Notes: generated from the letters alone by a model not told the origin. Counted from the first letter of the stretch, positions 36,401 through 47,459 are shown. The stretch is 49,585 nucleotides of DNA from Betaproteobacteria bacterium (GCA_012274205.1 JAAOZY010000044.1:1-49585); one strand, 5' to 3'. Made by a program: numbers and translations.

Positions 36401-37420
36401 ATGCAGCTCGGCATGATCGGATTGGGACGCATGGGCGCCAGCCTGGCGCGGCGCCTGGCGAAAGACGGCCACCAGTGCGTCGTCTACGATGTCAGCGCGG
36501 CTGCGGTGAAACGCACCGCCGGCCGCGGCATACGCGCTTCGGCGTCGATCGATGAACTGGTGGCGAAGCTGGCGAGGCCGCGCGCAATCTGGGTGATGGT
36601 ACCAGCCGGCGTAACCGGCGGAACAGTCGAGCAGTTGGCCGCGCACCTGGACACGGGCGACATCATCATCGACGGCGGCAACAGCTACTATCGCGACGAT
36701 ATCGCGCGGGCGCAGGCGCTCGCGACCAAGGGCATCCACTATGTCGATTGCGGCACCAGCGGCGGGGTGTTCGGCCTCGAGCGCGGCTACTGCCTGATGA
36801 TAGGCGGCGAGGGCGAAGCCGTTCGCCAGCTGGCCCCGATCTTCAGAAGCATCGCGCCCGGGATCGTGGCCGCGCCGCGTACGCCGGGCAGGAAGGGCGC
36901 TGCAGGCACCGCCGAGCACGGGTATCTGCACTGCGGCCCGGCCGGTGCCGGCCACTTCGTCAAGATGGTCCACAACGGCATCGAGTACGGCCTGATGGCG
37001 GCGTATGCCGAAGGCTTGAACATTCTGCAGCAAGCCGATGCCGGCACGCGTGCGCGCACGGCGGATGCGGAAACCGCACCGCTGCGCGATGCGGAGTTCT
37101 ACCAGTACCAATTCGACCTGGCGCAGATCGCGGAGCTATGGCGCCGCGGCAGCGTGATCAGCTCCTGGCTGCTGGACCTGACCGCGGCCGCGCTGCTCGA
37201 GAGCCCCGGCCTGAAGGACTACTCCGGCCGCGTGTCGGATTCGGGCGAAGGACGCTGGACCGTCGCCGCGGCGATCGACGAATCGGTGCCGGCGCCGGTG
37301 CTGAGCGCTGCGCTGTTCGGGCGCTTCGGTTCGCGCGGCAACGCCGATTTCGCCGACCGCGTGCTGTCGGCGATGCGCAAGCAGTTCGGCGGGCATGTGG
37401 AAAAGAAGACAGGGAACTGA
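36401..37420 (+). CDS. gnd: 6-phosphogluconate dehydrogenase, decarboxylating (short Gnd/YqeC-like form)
   Basis: SD AAAGGAGAA. Motifs [19 protein letters not shown] (Rossmann), [30 protein letters not shown], and [16 protein letters not shown]. Confidence 0.9.
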   Translation: MQLGMIGLGRMGASLARRLAKDGHQCVVYDVSAAAVKRTAGRGIRASASIDELVAKLARPRAIWVMVPAGVTGGTVEQLAAHLDTGDIIIDGGNSYYRDDIARAQALATKGIHYVDCGTSGGVFGLERGYCLMIGGEGEAVRQLAPIFRSIAPGIVAAPRTPGRKGAAGTAEHGYLHCGPAGAGHFVKMVHNGIEYGLMAAYAEGLNILQQADAGTRARTADAETAPLRDAEFYQYQFDLAQIAELWRRGSVISSWLLDLTAAALLESPGLKDYSGRVSDSGEGRWTVAAAIDESVPAPVLSAALFGRFGSRGNADFADRVLSAMRKQFGGHVEKKTGN

Positions 37421-37421
37421 G

Positions 37422-38837
37422 ATGGATACGACCAAACCCGATACGCCGCGCTCCGACGCGCTGGTGCTGTTCGGCGCGACCGGCGACCTGGTACACAAGA
37501 AAATATTTCCGGCGCTGTACGCGATGGCGAAACACCGTACGCTCAATTTTCCGGTGATCGGCGTGGCCTCGTCGCAATGGAGCGTGGCGCAGCTGCGCAA
37601 ACGCGCAAGCGAAAGCATCAGGCACGCAGGCAGGATCGACGACCGGGAGGCGCTGGGGCGCCTTGTTTCCCGGCTTCAGTACGTGAGCGGCAATTACAAG
37701 GACCCGGCTACGTTCAAGGCATTGAAGAACGCCCTGGGCGAAGCCGCGCGCCCGGCGCACTACCTCGCCATCCCGCCGGCCTTGTTCGGCACGGTGATCA
37801 GCGGGCTCGGCAGCGCGGGCCTGGCCGAGCAGGCGCGCGTCATAGTCGAGAAGCCGTTCGGGCGCGACCTCGCGTCGGCGCGCAAGCTCAACCGGATCGC
37901 CCACTCGGTATTCGCGGAGGATTCGATCTTTCGCATCGATCACTTCCTCGGCAAGGAGGCGATCATGAACATCCTGTATTTCCGCTTTGCCAATTCCTTC
38001 CTCGAGCCGATCTGGAACCGCAACTACGTCGCCAGCGTGCAGATCACGCTGGCCGAGGATTTCGGCATCGAAGGCCGCGGCGCGTTCTATGAAAGCGCCG
38101 GTTGCATGCGCGACGTGGTACAGAACCATCTGCTGCAGATCGTCGCGCTGCTGGCGATGGAGCCGCCGGCCTACCGGGGCTTCGCGGCGGTGCATGGCGA
38201 GACCGCAGAGGTGCTCCAGGCGATGCGCGCGCTGCAGCCCGGGGACCTGGTGCGCGGCCAGTACGCCGGCTATCGCAAGGAGGCCGGGGTGGCCAGGGAT
38301 TCCGACGTCGAGACCTACTGCGCGCTGCGCCTGTACATCGATTCCTGGCGCTGGGCGGGCGTGCCCTGGTATCTGCGTTCGGGCAAGTGCCTGGCGCGCT
38401 CGGTGGGCGAGGTGATCGTGCAGCTCAAGCCGCCGCCGCAGCGCCTGTTCGAGGATTCGGCGCCGCTCACGCAAAGGGCCAACTATCTGCGCTTCCGGCT
38501 GTCCCCCAACCATGCCGTTGCGCTTGCCGCGCGCGTCAAGCGCGCGGGCAAGGATTTTCTCGGCGACCAGCGTGAATTGTATCTGACCGACCAACAGCCG
38601 GAAGCAGCGACGCCCTACGAGCGGCTGCTGGGAGACGCCATGGCCGGCAACGGCGCGCTGTTCGCCACCGAGGTCGCGGTGGAGGCCGCCTGGCGGGCGG
38701 TCGACCCGGTGCTGGTGAGGCATCGCCGATCCGTGCCGTACCGCCGCGGCAGCTGGGGGCCGAAGGAAGCGGATGCGCTGATCGCCGCGGACGGTTTCTG
38801 GTGCAACCCGGAGAAGGACGATGCCGCTGCCGATTGA
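37422..38837 (+). CDS. zwf: Glucose-6-phosphate 1-dehydrogenase
   Basis: ATG at 37422, 1 nt after the gnd stop. Motifs [36 protein letters not shown], and [11 protein letters not shown]. Confidence 0.95.
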   Translation: MDTTKPDTPRSDALVLFGATGDLVHKKIFPALYAMAKHRTLNFPVIGVASSQWSVAQLRKRASESIRHAGRIDDREALGRLVSRLQYVSGNYKDPATFKALKNALGEAARPAHYLAIPPALFGTVISGLGSAGLAEQARVIVEKPFGRDLASARKLNRIAHSVFAEDSIFRIDHFLGKEAIMNILYFRFANSFLEPIWNRNYVASVQITLAEDFGIEGRGAFYESAGCMRDVVQNHLLQIVALLAMEPPAYRGFAAVHGETAEVLQAMRALQPGDLVRGQYAGYRKEAGVARDSDVETYCALRLYIDSWRWAGVPWYLRSGKCLARSVGEVIVQLKPPPQRLFEDSAPLTQRANYLRFRLSPNHAVALAARVKRAGKDFLGDQRELYLTDQQPEAATPYERLLGDAMAGNGALFATEVAVEAAWRAVDPVLVRHRRSVPYRRGSWGPKEADALIAADGFWCNPEKDDAAAD

Positions 38838-38876
38838 ACACCATGCGCCGCCTGGCGCTGGACCAAAGGAGACAAG

Positions 38877-39968
38877 ATGAACGCTACACGAAAGTTGCAC
38901 GAACTGGGACAGAGCCTCTGGCTCGACAATATCACGCGCGGATTGCTAGCCAGCGGCACGCTCGAGCGCTACATTCGCGAGCTGGCGGTGAGCGGCCTGA
39001 CTTCCAACCCGACGATTTTCGACCACGCGATCGCGGCAGGCGATGCCTACAACGAGGCAATCTGCAAGCTGGCGCGCGAAGGCAGCTCGGGCGAAGAGCT
39101 GTTTTTCGAACTCGCGCTGCAGGACTTGCGCCGGGCCGCGGACCTGTTCCGGCCGGTGCACGTCGCCACCGGCGGCGTGGATGGCTGGGTGTCGCTGGAG
39201 GTTTCGCCCCTGCTCGCAGACGACGCTAGGGGCAGCATCAGCGCCGCGGCGCGGCTGCACGCGCGCGCGCAGCGCCCGAATCTGTTTATCAAGATTCCGG
39301 GGACCGCGGCCGGCGTGGCGGCGATCGAAGAGACGATCTTCGCCGGGGTGCCGGTCAATGTCACGCTGCTGTTCTCGCGCGAGCACTACGTCGCCGCGGC
39401 CGAAGCGTACATGCGTGCGCTGGAGCGCCGCCTTGCCGCCGGCCTGGATATGAAGGTGGCTTCGGTGGCCTCGATCTTCATCAGCCGCTGGGACGTGGCG
39501 GTCGCGGACAAGGTGTCGGCGCAGTATCGCAACCGCCTCGGCATCGCCGTCGCGATGCAGACTTACAAGGCCTACCGCGATCTGCTCGCATCAGCGCGCT
39601 GGCGCAAACTGGCCGCTGCAGGCGCGCGGCCGCAGCGCCTGCTCTGGGCCAGTACCGGGACCAAGGATCCGGCGGCCGCGGACACGCTCTATGTCGAAGC
39701 GCTCGCAGCGCCCGATACCGTCAACACCATCCCCGAGAAAACGCTGCTCGCGTTTGCCGAGCATGGCAAGGTCGATAGCGTGCTTCCGGCCGACGAAGGC
39801 TACGCCGAGGCGGTGCTGGCCGAATTCGAACGCGAGGGCATCGATGTTCAGGCACTTGCCGCCACGCTCCAGCTCGAAGGTGCCGCGGCCTTCACCAAGT
39901 CCTGGAACGAACTGATGTACCGCATAGCGCAAAAGTCGGAGGCGCTGACGAAGGCCGTGCGGACATGA
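38877..39968 (+). CDS. tal: Transaldolase (long form)
   Basis: SD AAGGAG. Motifs GQSLWLDNITR, GLTSNPTIF, IKIPGT, and VNVTLLFS (active-site Lys region). Confidence 0.95.
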   Translation: MNATRKLHELGQSLWLDNITRGLLASGTLERYIRELAVSGLTSNPTIFDHAIAAGDAYNEAICKLAREGSSGEELFFELALQDLRRAADLFRPVHVATGGVDGWVSLEVSPLLADDARGSISAAARLHARAQRPNLFIKIPGTAAGVAAIEETIFAGVPVNVTLLFSREHYVAAAEAYMRALERRLAAGLDMKVASVASIFISRWDVAVADKVSAQYRNRLGIAVAMQTYKAYRDLLASARWRKLAAAGARPQRLLWASTGTKDPAAADTLYVEALAAPDTVNTIPEKTLLAFAEHGKVDSVLPADEGYAEAVLAEFEREGIDVQALAATLQLEGAAAFTKSWNELMYRIAQKSEALTKAVRT

Positions 39969-40004
39969 GCCGGGTGGCGCGCGGCTTGGCCGGTCTTAGA
40001 GTTT

Positions 40005-40123
40005 GTAACAAAACGAGGGGAGACGCCCCGAAGCTCTCGACCCGCTTGACGGGAAAGTCCCCCTGGGGGACCTCCCCTCGTGCTCCCCTGATTCGGGCCG
40101 TAACAAAAGGACTTTTGTTACGG
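40005..40123. repeat. Densely nested inverted-repeat element between the convergent tal and LysR genes
   Basis: GTAACAAAA (40005-13; direct copy at 40100-08) pairs with TTTTGTTAC (40113-21). CGAGGGGAG (40014-22) pairs with CTCCCCTCG (40072-80). Inner palindrome GTCCCCC-t-GGGGGAC (40057-71). Local hairpin CCGTAACAAAAG/CTTTTGTTACGG (40098-40123). Confidence 0.8.
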
Positions 40124-40127
40124 GTTC

Positions 40128-41033
40128 CTAGTAACGCAGCAGTGAGGCGCGCACGTCCTGATCGTCCAGGCGCTTGAGAAACCAGCGCAGCGCCTTGCCC
40201 TTCTCGCGCGCGCGCCAGGCGTAGTAGAGGTTGCCCGCCGGCTTGATTTCCTCCACTTCCTTCGCCACCAGGCGTTTCGCCTTGATCAATGGCGCTGCCG
40301 CATGCGCCGGCAGATAGCCGCAGCCCAGGCCGGCCACTTGCGCCGCCACCTTCGATTGCAGATCCGGGAGCGTGAGCACGTCCTGCCCGGTGAGCAGGCC
40401 GACCGAGCGCGGCGCCAGGCTGCGCGAGCTGTCGCCGATGGCGACGGCGCGGTGCGCGAGGATCTGCTCGTGCTGGAGCGGATCGGGCAGTTTCGCCAAG
40501 GGGTGCGCAGGCGCGACGGCGAACACGAAGTCCTTGTAGCCGAGCATGCGAATCGCGTAGCCGCCGCCGGCGGGCACCTCGCCCGATACCCCCAGGGCCA
40601 GATCGGCGCGTCCCGACACCAGCGCATCCCAGGTGCCGGCGAGCACTTCGTGGGACACGCGTATGCGCGTGCCCGATTCCTCGGCGTAGAAGTCCGCGAT
40701 CAGCGCAAACAGCTGCGGTGCCGGTATCATGATGTCGAGCGCGATGCGCAGCTCGGTTTCCCAGCCGGTAGCGACGCGCTTCACCCGGCATTCGAGTTCG
40801 TCCGCGGCGCGCAGCAGTTGCCGGCCCTCGCGCATCAGTTCCTCCCCGGCCGGCGTCAGCCGTGCGCGGCGGCGGCTGCGATCGAACAGCGCCACGCCCA
40901 GATCCTGTTCCAGCTTCTGCATCGTATAAGTGAGCGCGGAGGGCACGCGATGCAGCTCAGCCGCGGCGGCGGCGAAGCTGCCTTTGCGCTCGATCGCGTC
41001 CAGCGCCTGCAGCGCATCCAGGCTCAGTTTCAT
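40128..41033 (-). CDS. LysR-family transcriptional regulator
   Basis: The N-terminal wHTH reads LQALDAIERKGSFAAAAAELHRVPSALTYTMQKLEQDLGVALFDR. A LysR substrate-binding domain follows. Confidence 0.9.
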   Translation of the reverse strand: MKLSLDALQALDAIERKGSFAAAAAELHRVPSALTYTMQKLEQDLGVALFDRSRRRARLTPAGEELMREGRQLLRAADELECRVKRVATGWETELRIALDIMIPAPQLFALIADFYAEESGTRIRVSHEVLAGTWDALVSGRADLALGVSGEVPAGGGYAIRMLGYKDFVFAVAPAHPLAKLPDPLQHEQILAHRAVAIGDSSRSLAPRSVGLLTGQDVLTLPDLQSKVAAQVAGLGCGYLPAHAAAPLIKAKRLVAKEVEEIKPAGNLYYAWRAREKGKALRWFLKRLDDQDVRASLLRY

Positions 41034-41046
41034 GGGCAGGGAAGTT

Positions 41047-41063
41047 ATTCAGTAGTTTTGAAT
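41047..41063. promoter_or_regulatory. Candidate LysR box ATTCA-N7-TGAAT (T-N11-A type)
   Basis: An interrupted palindrome 14 bp from the LysR start codon, in the divergent LysR / pirin intergenic region. Confidence 0.5.
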
Positions 41064-41159
41064 ATAAATGTCAAAATTATTCGCTTTTTTTCCAAATGCG
41101 GCAAGCCTATCATCTGATCCATGGGTTCAAAACACCAGAACTAACCGTAGGAGACAAGC

Positions 41160-41858
<699 letters not shown>

Positions 41859-41895
41859 ACGGCGTAATTGCACCATTCACCAATGGAGGAATCGC

Positions 41896-42306
41896 ATGAA
41901 CACCAAAGTACAAGACTCCGCGGCCCTGGCCGGTCGCATCCTGCTCGCGCTGATTTTCATCATCTCGGGCTACGGCAAGATCAAGGGCTATGACGCTACC
42001 GCCGGCTACATGGCGAGCAAGGGCCTGCCCCTGGTCGGCGTATTGCTGCCGCTCACCATCCTGGTCGAACTCGGCGGCAGCCTGCTGATCGTGATCGGCT
42101 GGAAGGCGCGCTGGGCAGCCGCGGCGCTGTTCCTGTTCCTGATACCGGTCACGCTGGTGTTCCACAATCCGGCCGGACTGGACGCGGCACAAGCGCAGGG
42201 GCAGATGATCCACTTGCTGAAGAACATTTCCATCATGGGCGGCATGCTTGGCCTGTTCGCTTTCGGCCCCGGACGCTTTAGTATTGACGGCTGGAAGAGC
42301 GCATAA
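41896..42306 (+). CDS. DoxX-family membrane protein
   Basis: 136 aa with 4 TM helices. LAGRILLALIFIISGYGKI is the typical DoxX N-terminus. Confidence 0.85.
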   Translation: MNTKVQDSAALAGRILLALIFIISGYGKIKGYDATAGYMASKGLPLVGVLLPLTILVELGGSLLIVIGWKARWAAAALFLFLIPVTLVFHNPAGLDAAQAQGQMIHLLKNISIMGGMLGLFAFGPGRFSIDGWKSA

Positions 42307-42448
42307 GAGTCTATTTGGAAATGAGGGGAAAACTCCTCCTCATACTCCCCTATATTGGGCGTTGCAAAATGAAATTTCGCAACGGATTCTGATTGCAAAT
42401 CCCGGACCGGTGAAGCCGGTCCGCCGCGCCAAGGGAAGAGGTTCGACC

Positions 42449-42940
42449 GTGATCAAAAAGCTCTATCACAATGCCTACCGCTGCCGCGACTCGGAGCAGA
42501 CGCGGCAGTTTTACGAAGACTTTCTCGGGCTGCGCCTGGCAGGCACGCTCGAAATCAAGGAAACGAAGAGCGGCCGCAACACCGATACGCTGCATACGTT
42601 CTACCAGCTCGACGACGGCTCCTACCTCGCCTTCTTCGAGGCGCCGGACATGGCTTTCGAGTTCAAGCGCCAGCACGACTACGATCTGCACATCGCGCTC
42701 GAGGTGGATGCGCCCGAGCTGGAGCCGATGATGGCAAAGGGCAGGGCGCAGGGAATCGAAACGCGCGGCATTTCCGATCATGGCTTCATCCACTCGATCT
42801 ACTTCCGCGATCCGAATGGCTATGTCATCGAGCTGACTGCGAAGATGCCCGATCATGCGCTGGCGATGGATCCGGCGACCAACGGCGCCCGCGCCAAGCT
42901 CGACCGGTGGAGCGCGAACCGGGCGCACCCGGCAGCCTGA
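42449..42940 (+). CDS. VOC-family (glyoxalase/bleomycin-resistance/dioxygenase fold) protein
   Basis: GTG at 42449 after GGGAAGAGG. (V)IKKLYHNAYRCRDSEQTRQFYEDFLGL and HIALEV...IHSIYFRDPNGYVIEL are VOC beta-alpha-beta-beta-beta modules. Confidence 0.8.
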   Translation: MIKKLYHNAYRCRDSEQTRQFYEDFLGLRLAGTLEIKETKSGRNTDTLHTFYQLDDGSYLAFFEAPDMAFEFKRQHDYDLHIALEVDAPELEPMMAKGRAQGIETRGISDHGFIHSIYFRDPNGYVIELTAKMPDHALAMDPATNGARAKLDRWSANRAHPAA

Positions 42941-43017
42941 CAGCCAATACAATCCGGGTTCGGAAATCCAGTCCGGCATAGTGCCGGCCTGCGTATGCGT
43001 CATCGTGAGGGGCTGCC

Positions 43018-44835
43018 ATGCATCTGCTCGAACAGGCTGCAATTTTTCTGCTGGCCGCGGTGCTGCTGGTGCCGCTGTTCCGGCGGCTCAAACTCGGCTC
43101 GGTGCTGGGCTACCTCGCTTCGGGCATGGCCATCGGACCCTGGGGGCTGGGCCTGGTCGGCGAAGTGCAGGCGACCATGAATTTCGCCGAATTCGGCGTG
43201 GTGCTGCTCTTGTTTCTGATCGGCCTCGAACTGCAGCCGAGCCGGCTGTGGGTGCTGCGCCGGCCGGTATTCGGCCTGGGCGGCGCACAGGTGGCGGCGA
43301 CCACGCTGGCGCTGATGCTCGCGAGCCTGGCATTCGGCCTGAACTGGCGCGAGGCGCTGGTGGTCGGCTTCGGCCTGGCAATGTCCTCCACGGCGCTGGT
43401 GATCTCCTCGCTCGCCGAGCGCGGCCAGCTGGCCGAGCGCCATGGCCGCAACGCCTTTGCCGTGCTGCTGTTCCAGGATCTGTCGGTGATTCCGATGCTG
43501 GCGCTGCTGCCGCTGCTGGCGTCCAACACGGCGCAGGGCGGCGGCAACTGGATCGCGGCGCTCAAGGGCGTGGCGGTGATCGTGGCGGTGATCGCGGGCA
43601 GCCGGCTGGTGGTGCGCCCGCTGCTGAAGCGCGCGGCCAGCTACGGCGGGCGCGAGGTGTTCACCGCGGCGGCCTTGCTGCTGGTGATCGGCGCCGCGCT
43701 GATCATGGAGCGCATCGGCCTGTCGGCCTCGCTCGGCGCCTTTCTCGCCGGCGTGCTGCTCGCCGACTCGGAGTTCCGCCACGAACTCGAGGCCGACATC
43801 GAGCCGTTCAAAGGCCTGCTGCTCGGATTGTTCTTCATCGCCGTGGGCATGAGCGCGAATCTGGACCTCGCCTGGCAGCGGCCGCTCGCGGTATTCGGGC
43901 TGGCGCTGGGCCTGATGGCCGGCAAGTTTGCGCTCATGTATGCAATCGCACGCGCCGGCGGCGCGCCGGACGAAACCTCGCAGCGGCTGGCCGCAGCGCT
44001 GGCGCAGGGCGGGGAGTTTGCCTTCGTGCTGTTCGCGGCGGCTGCGGGCCTGGGCATGTTCGCCGCGGACACGGCGCAGCTGCTGGTGCTGGTGGTAACG
44101 CTGTCGATGCTGCTCGCGCCGCCGTTTTTCGCGCTGCACGAGCGCGCGCTCGCGCTCTGGCTGGCGCGCAGCGCCGCGCCCGAGTACGACAGCATCGACG
44201 GGCCCGGCAATCCGGTCATCATCGCCGGCTACGGCCGCTTCGGTCAGATCGTGTCGCGCGTACTGCGCATGTGCGGTTTGCCGTTCACGGCGCTGGAGGC
44301 GAGCTACCAGCAGGTGGATTTCGTGCGCCGCTTCGGCAGCAACAAGGTCTATTACGGCGATGCGTCGCGGCTCGAATTGCTGCAGGCCGCGAAGGCGGGC
44401 GAAGCCAGGCTGTTCGTGCTCGCAATCGACGATGTCGAGGCCTCGGTCAAGACCGCGGAGGTGGTGCGCAGGCATTTCCCCGATCTGCCGATCCTCGCGC
44501 GCGCGCGCAACCGCGTGCACTACTTCCGGCTGCGCGACCTGGGCGTCAAGGCGATCTATCGCGAAACGTTCCCGGCGAGCCTCGACGTCGCGCGCCAGGC
44601 GCTGCTGCGCCTGGGCTTTGGCGCCGCTGCGGCCGAGCATGCGATCGGGCTGTTTCGCCAGCACGACGAGTCCCAGCTCGAAGCGCAGTACGCGGTGAAA
44701 CACGACGAGGCGAAGCTGATCCAGACCGCAAAGCAGGCGGCCGAACAGTTGCGCGAATTGTTCGAGGCCGACAGCGCGGGGACGGTCGCGGATTTCCCGC
44801 GCGTCGCGGCCGAGGGCGCGCCGCGCCGGTCTTGA
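43018..44835 (+). CDS. KefB/KefC-type glutathione-regulated K+ efflux / CPA2 antiporter with C-terminal TrkA-N (RCK) domain
   Basis: LGSVLGYLASGMAIGPWGLGLV and EFGVVLLLFLIGLEL match KefC. The Rossmann motif is VIIAGYGRFGQIVSRVL. Confidence 0.9.
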   Translation: MHLLEQAAIFLLAAVLLVPLFRRLKLGSVLGYLASGMAIGPWGLGLVGEVQATMNFAEFGVVLLLFLIGLELQPSRLWVLRRPVFGLGGAQVAATTLALMLASLAFGLNWREALVVGFGLAMSSTALVISSLAERGQLAERHGRNAFAVLLFQDLSVIPMLALLPLLASNTAQGGGNWIAALKGVAVIVAVIAGSRLVVRPLLKRAASYGGREVFTAAALLLVIGAALIMERIGLSASLGAFLAGVLLADSEFRHELEADIEPFKGLLLGLFFIAVGMSANLDLAWQRPLAVFGLALGLMAGKFALMYAIARAGGAPDETSQRLAAALAQGGEFAFVLFAAAAGLGMFAADTAQLLVLVVTLSMLLAPPFFALHERALALWLARSAAPEYDSIDGPGNPVIIAGYGRFGQIVSRVLRMCGLPFTALEASYQQVDFVRRFGSNKVYYGDASRLELLQAAKAGEARLFVLAIDDVEASVKTAEVVRRHFPDLPILARARNRVHYFRLRDLGVKAIYRETFPASLDVARQALLRLGFGAAAAEHAIGLFRQHDESQLEAQYAVKHDEAKLIQTAKQAAEQLRELFEADSAGTVADFPRVAAEGAPRRS

Positions 44836-44890
44836 GGCGCGCCGACTGCGAACCGTCGGGCTGGCGCCCGAATAGCTTTAGAATGCCGGT

Positions 44891-45505
44891 ATGAACACCA
44901 TGGTTGTATTGATTTCCGGCCGCGGCAGCAATCTGCGGGCGCTGGTCGAGGCCGGTTTGCCAGTGGCGGCGGTGATCAGCAACCGCGCCGATGCGGCGGG
45001 GCTCGCGTACGCTGCCGGTCGCGGCATCGCGACCGCGGTAGTGCCCCACCGCGACTATGCCACGCGCGAGGAATTCGACGCGGCGCTGGGGCAGGCGATC
45101 GACGCGTTCCGCCCCGGGCTGGTCGCGCTCGCCGGCTTCATGCGCATCCTCACCGCGGGATTCGTGCAGCGCTATCACGGCCGCATGCTCAACATCCATC
45201 CCTCGCTGCTGCCCGCATTTGCAGGACTGGACACCCATGCGCGCGCGCTTGCGGCCGGAGTGAAGCTGCACGGCTGCAGCGTCCACTTCGTTACCGCCGA
45301 ACTCGACCATGGCCCGATAGTCATGCAGGCGGCGGTGCCGGTGCTTGCCAGCGACGACGCAACCGCGCTCGCCGCGCGCGTGCTGGCGCAGGAGCATCGC
45401 ATCTACCCGCAGGCGGCGCGCTGGTACCTCGAACAAAAACTGGTCATCGAGCGCGGGGTGGTGCGCGTTAAGGGAGATCCTCCCCAGCAGTCGTACGCGC
45501 CGTGA
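44891..45505 (+). CDS. purN: Phosphoribosylglycinamide formyltransferase
   Basis: Motifs VVLISGRGSNLRAL, LAGFMRIL, NIHPSLLPAF, GCSVHFVTAELDHGPI. Confidence 0.95.
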   Translation: MNTMVVLISGRGSNLRALVEAGLPVAAVISNRADAAGLAYAAGRGIATAVVPHRDYATREEFDAALGQAIDAFRPGLVALAGFMRILTAGFVQRYHGRMLNIHPSLLPAFAGLDTHARALAAGVKLHGCSVHFVTAELDHGPIVMQAAVPVLASDDATALAARVLAQEHRIYPQAARWYLEQKLVIERGVVRVKGDPPQQSYAP

Positions 45506-46203
45506 TCAAATCCATTGCCTTTATCGCAGCCTGCGCCTATGCCGGCGCCTGCGCGGCGCAGCCGCCGCACCGGGTCGGCCTGAGCTACGAACTCAGCTAC
45601 AACGGCATCGTCGCGGCCGAGCTGACCGAGGTGTTGAAGCACGACGGCAAGACTTTTTCGCTGAGCTCAGAAGGCCGGGGCAAGGGCATAGGCGCGCTGC
45701 TGTACCGGGGCGCGGCCAGGCGTTCCTGCCGCGGCGAAATCACCAGCGCCGGCCTGCGTCCGCTCGAGTTCCGCGAGCAGCGCGGCGACCGGCCGGCCGC
45801 AGTGGCCAGCTTCGATTGGGCGAAAAAGACGCTGACGCAGGAATACGACGGCAAGACCGAGACCACGCGCATGGTGCCGCAGTTGCAGGACCGGCTGAGC
45901 TTCCTCTACGATTTTGCATTCCAGTCCGCGCCCGATCTCAAACCGGGCAAGGTGCTCAGGGCGGTGCTGACCGACGGCAGGGGCCTGAGCCGCTTCGAGT
46001 ACAAGGTCGAGGGGACGGAACTGCTGAAGACGCCGGCGGGCGAGTTGCAGACGGTGCATCTGGTGAAGCAGCGCGAGAACCAGGACGACAAGGGCACGGA
46101 GCTGTGGTTTGCGCTGGATCGCGACTACCTGCCGGTGCGCATTCTGGTGCTCGAAAAGGACGGCGCGCGCATCGACCAGGTGCTGACGCGGATCGAAAAC
46201 TGA
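45502..46203 (+). CDS. DUF3108-family periplasmic protein
   Basis: GTG at 45502 overlaps the purN TGA (GTGA). It has a signal peptide. The family assignment is recalled from the common purN-DUF3108-rsmB-like synteny. Confidence 0.7.
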   Translation: MIKSIAFIAACAYAGACAAQPPHRVGLSYELSYNGIVAAELTEVLKHDGKTFSLSSEGRGKGIGALLYRGAARRSCRGEITSAGLRPLEFREQRGDRPAAVASFDWAKKTLTQEYDGKTETTRMVPQLQDRLSFLYDFAFQSAPDLKPGKVLRAVLTDGRGLSRFEYKVEGTELLKTPAGELQTVHLVKQRENQDDKGTELWFALDRDYLPVRILVLEKDGARIDQVLTRIEN

Positions 46204-47459
46204 TGCCCGCCCTGCACCGACCGCTGCTCGAACACACTGCGGCCGCGCTGGCGGCGGTGCTGGAATTCAAATATCCGGCCGATGCGGTGCTGTCGCGCTA
46301 CCTGCGCGCCCACCGCGCCATCGGCCAGCAGGACCGCGCTTTCGTCGCCGACAACGTGTTCGCGATCCTGCGCCGCCTGCGGCTGCTGGAATCGCTGGCG
46401 CAGGGCCGCGACCCGCGCCGGCTGGTGCTGGCGGGGCTTATGCGCCTGCACGGCCTGAGTCTGCGCGAACTCGACGCGGTGCTGAACAGCGGGGAGCGCG
46501 ACTGGCTGGCGCAACTCAAGGGGCGCGCCGAGGACGACTCGCTCGCGCTGCGCTGCGATTTTCCCGACTGGCTGCTCGCCCGGCTGCAGCGGCAGTACGG
46601 CGAACAGGAACTGCTTGCGCTCGCGCACAGCCTGCACGAGAGCGCGCCGCTCGACTTGCGCGTGAACCTGCTGAAAGCCGAGCGCGAGGCGGTGCTTGCG
46701 CGCCTTGCCGCGGACGGCATCGGCGCGCGCGCGACGCCCTATTCGCCGCTGGGCGTGCGCCTCGAAGGCAAGCCGCAGATCAACCGGCACGCGCTGTTTC
46801 TCGAGGGCGCGATCGAGATCCAGGACGAGGGCAGCCAGCTCCTGTGCCAGCTGCTCGCGCCGCGGCGCGGCGAGATGGTCGCGGATTTCTGCGCCGGAGC
46901 CGGCGGCAAGACGCTGGCGCTGGGCGCGCTGATGCGCTCGAGCGGCCGGCTGTACGCGTTCGACGTGTCGGAGAAGCGGCTCGCCGGCCTCAAGCCGCGC
47001 CTTGCGCGCTCGGGACTCTCCAACGTGCATCCGCAGTGGATTGCGAGCGAGAGTGACGCGCGCCTGAAGCGCCTCGCCGGCAAGCTCGACCGTGTGCTGG
47101 TGGACGCGCCCTGCACCGGCCTGGGCACGCTGCGGCGCAACCCCGATCTCAAATGGCGCCAGGACGAGAACGCGCTCGCGGCATACCGCGCGCAGCAGGA
47201 CCGCATACTCGCCGCGGCAGCGAAGCTGGTGAAACCGGGCGGAAGCCTGCTCTATGCGACCTGCAGCCTGCTCGAGGAAGAGAATGCCGGCGTGGTCGAG
47301 TCCTTTCTCGGCGCCAACGCGCAGTTCTCGCTGCAGCCGGCCAACGCGGTGCTGGCGCAGCAGCGCATTGCACTGGATACCGGCGCGTACCTGCAGCTTG
47401 CGCCGCATGTGCATGGCACTGACGGTTTTTTTGCGGCGCTGCTGACAAGAAGTCGATGA
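46203..47459 (+). CDS. RsmB/NOP-family SAM-dependent RNA (cytosine-C5) methyltransferase
   Basis: The ATG overlaps the upstream stop (TGATG). Motifs EIQDEGSQL, DFCAGAGGKT (SAM), VLVDAPCTGLGTLRRNPDLKW, and LLYATCSL (the two catalytic Cys). Confidence 0.9.
   Translation: MPALHRPLLEHTAAALAAVLEFKYPADAVLSRYLRAHRAIGQQDRAFVADNVFAILRRLRLLESLAQGRDPRRLVLAGLMRLHGLSLRELDAVLNSGERDWLAQLKGRAEDDSLALRCDFPDWLLARLQRQYGEQELLALAHSLHESAPLDLRVNLLKAEREAVLARLAADGIGARATPYSPLGVRLEGKPQINRHALFLEGAIEIQDEGSQLLCQLLAPRRGEMVADFCAGAGGKTLALGALMRSSGRLYAFDVSEKRLAGLKPRLARSGLSNVHPQWIASESDARLKRLAGKLDRVLVDAPCTGLGTLRRNPDLKWRQDENALAAYRAQQDRILAAAAKLVKPGGSLLYATCSLLEEENAGVVESFLGANAQFSLQPANAVLAQQRIALDTGAYLQLAPHVHGTDGFFAALLTRSR

Noticed and set aside
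44879-44893. A TAGAAT element 6 nt upstream of the purN ATG, suggesting a leaderless mRNA. Similar TAGAAT elements lie near 2935 and 33243.
   Set aside because: No acceptable -35 or extended -10 element sits at the right spacing. A TAGAAT hexamer alone is too weak to call.
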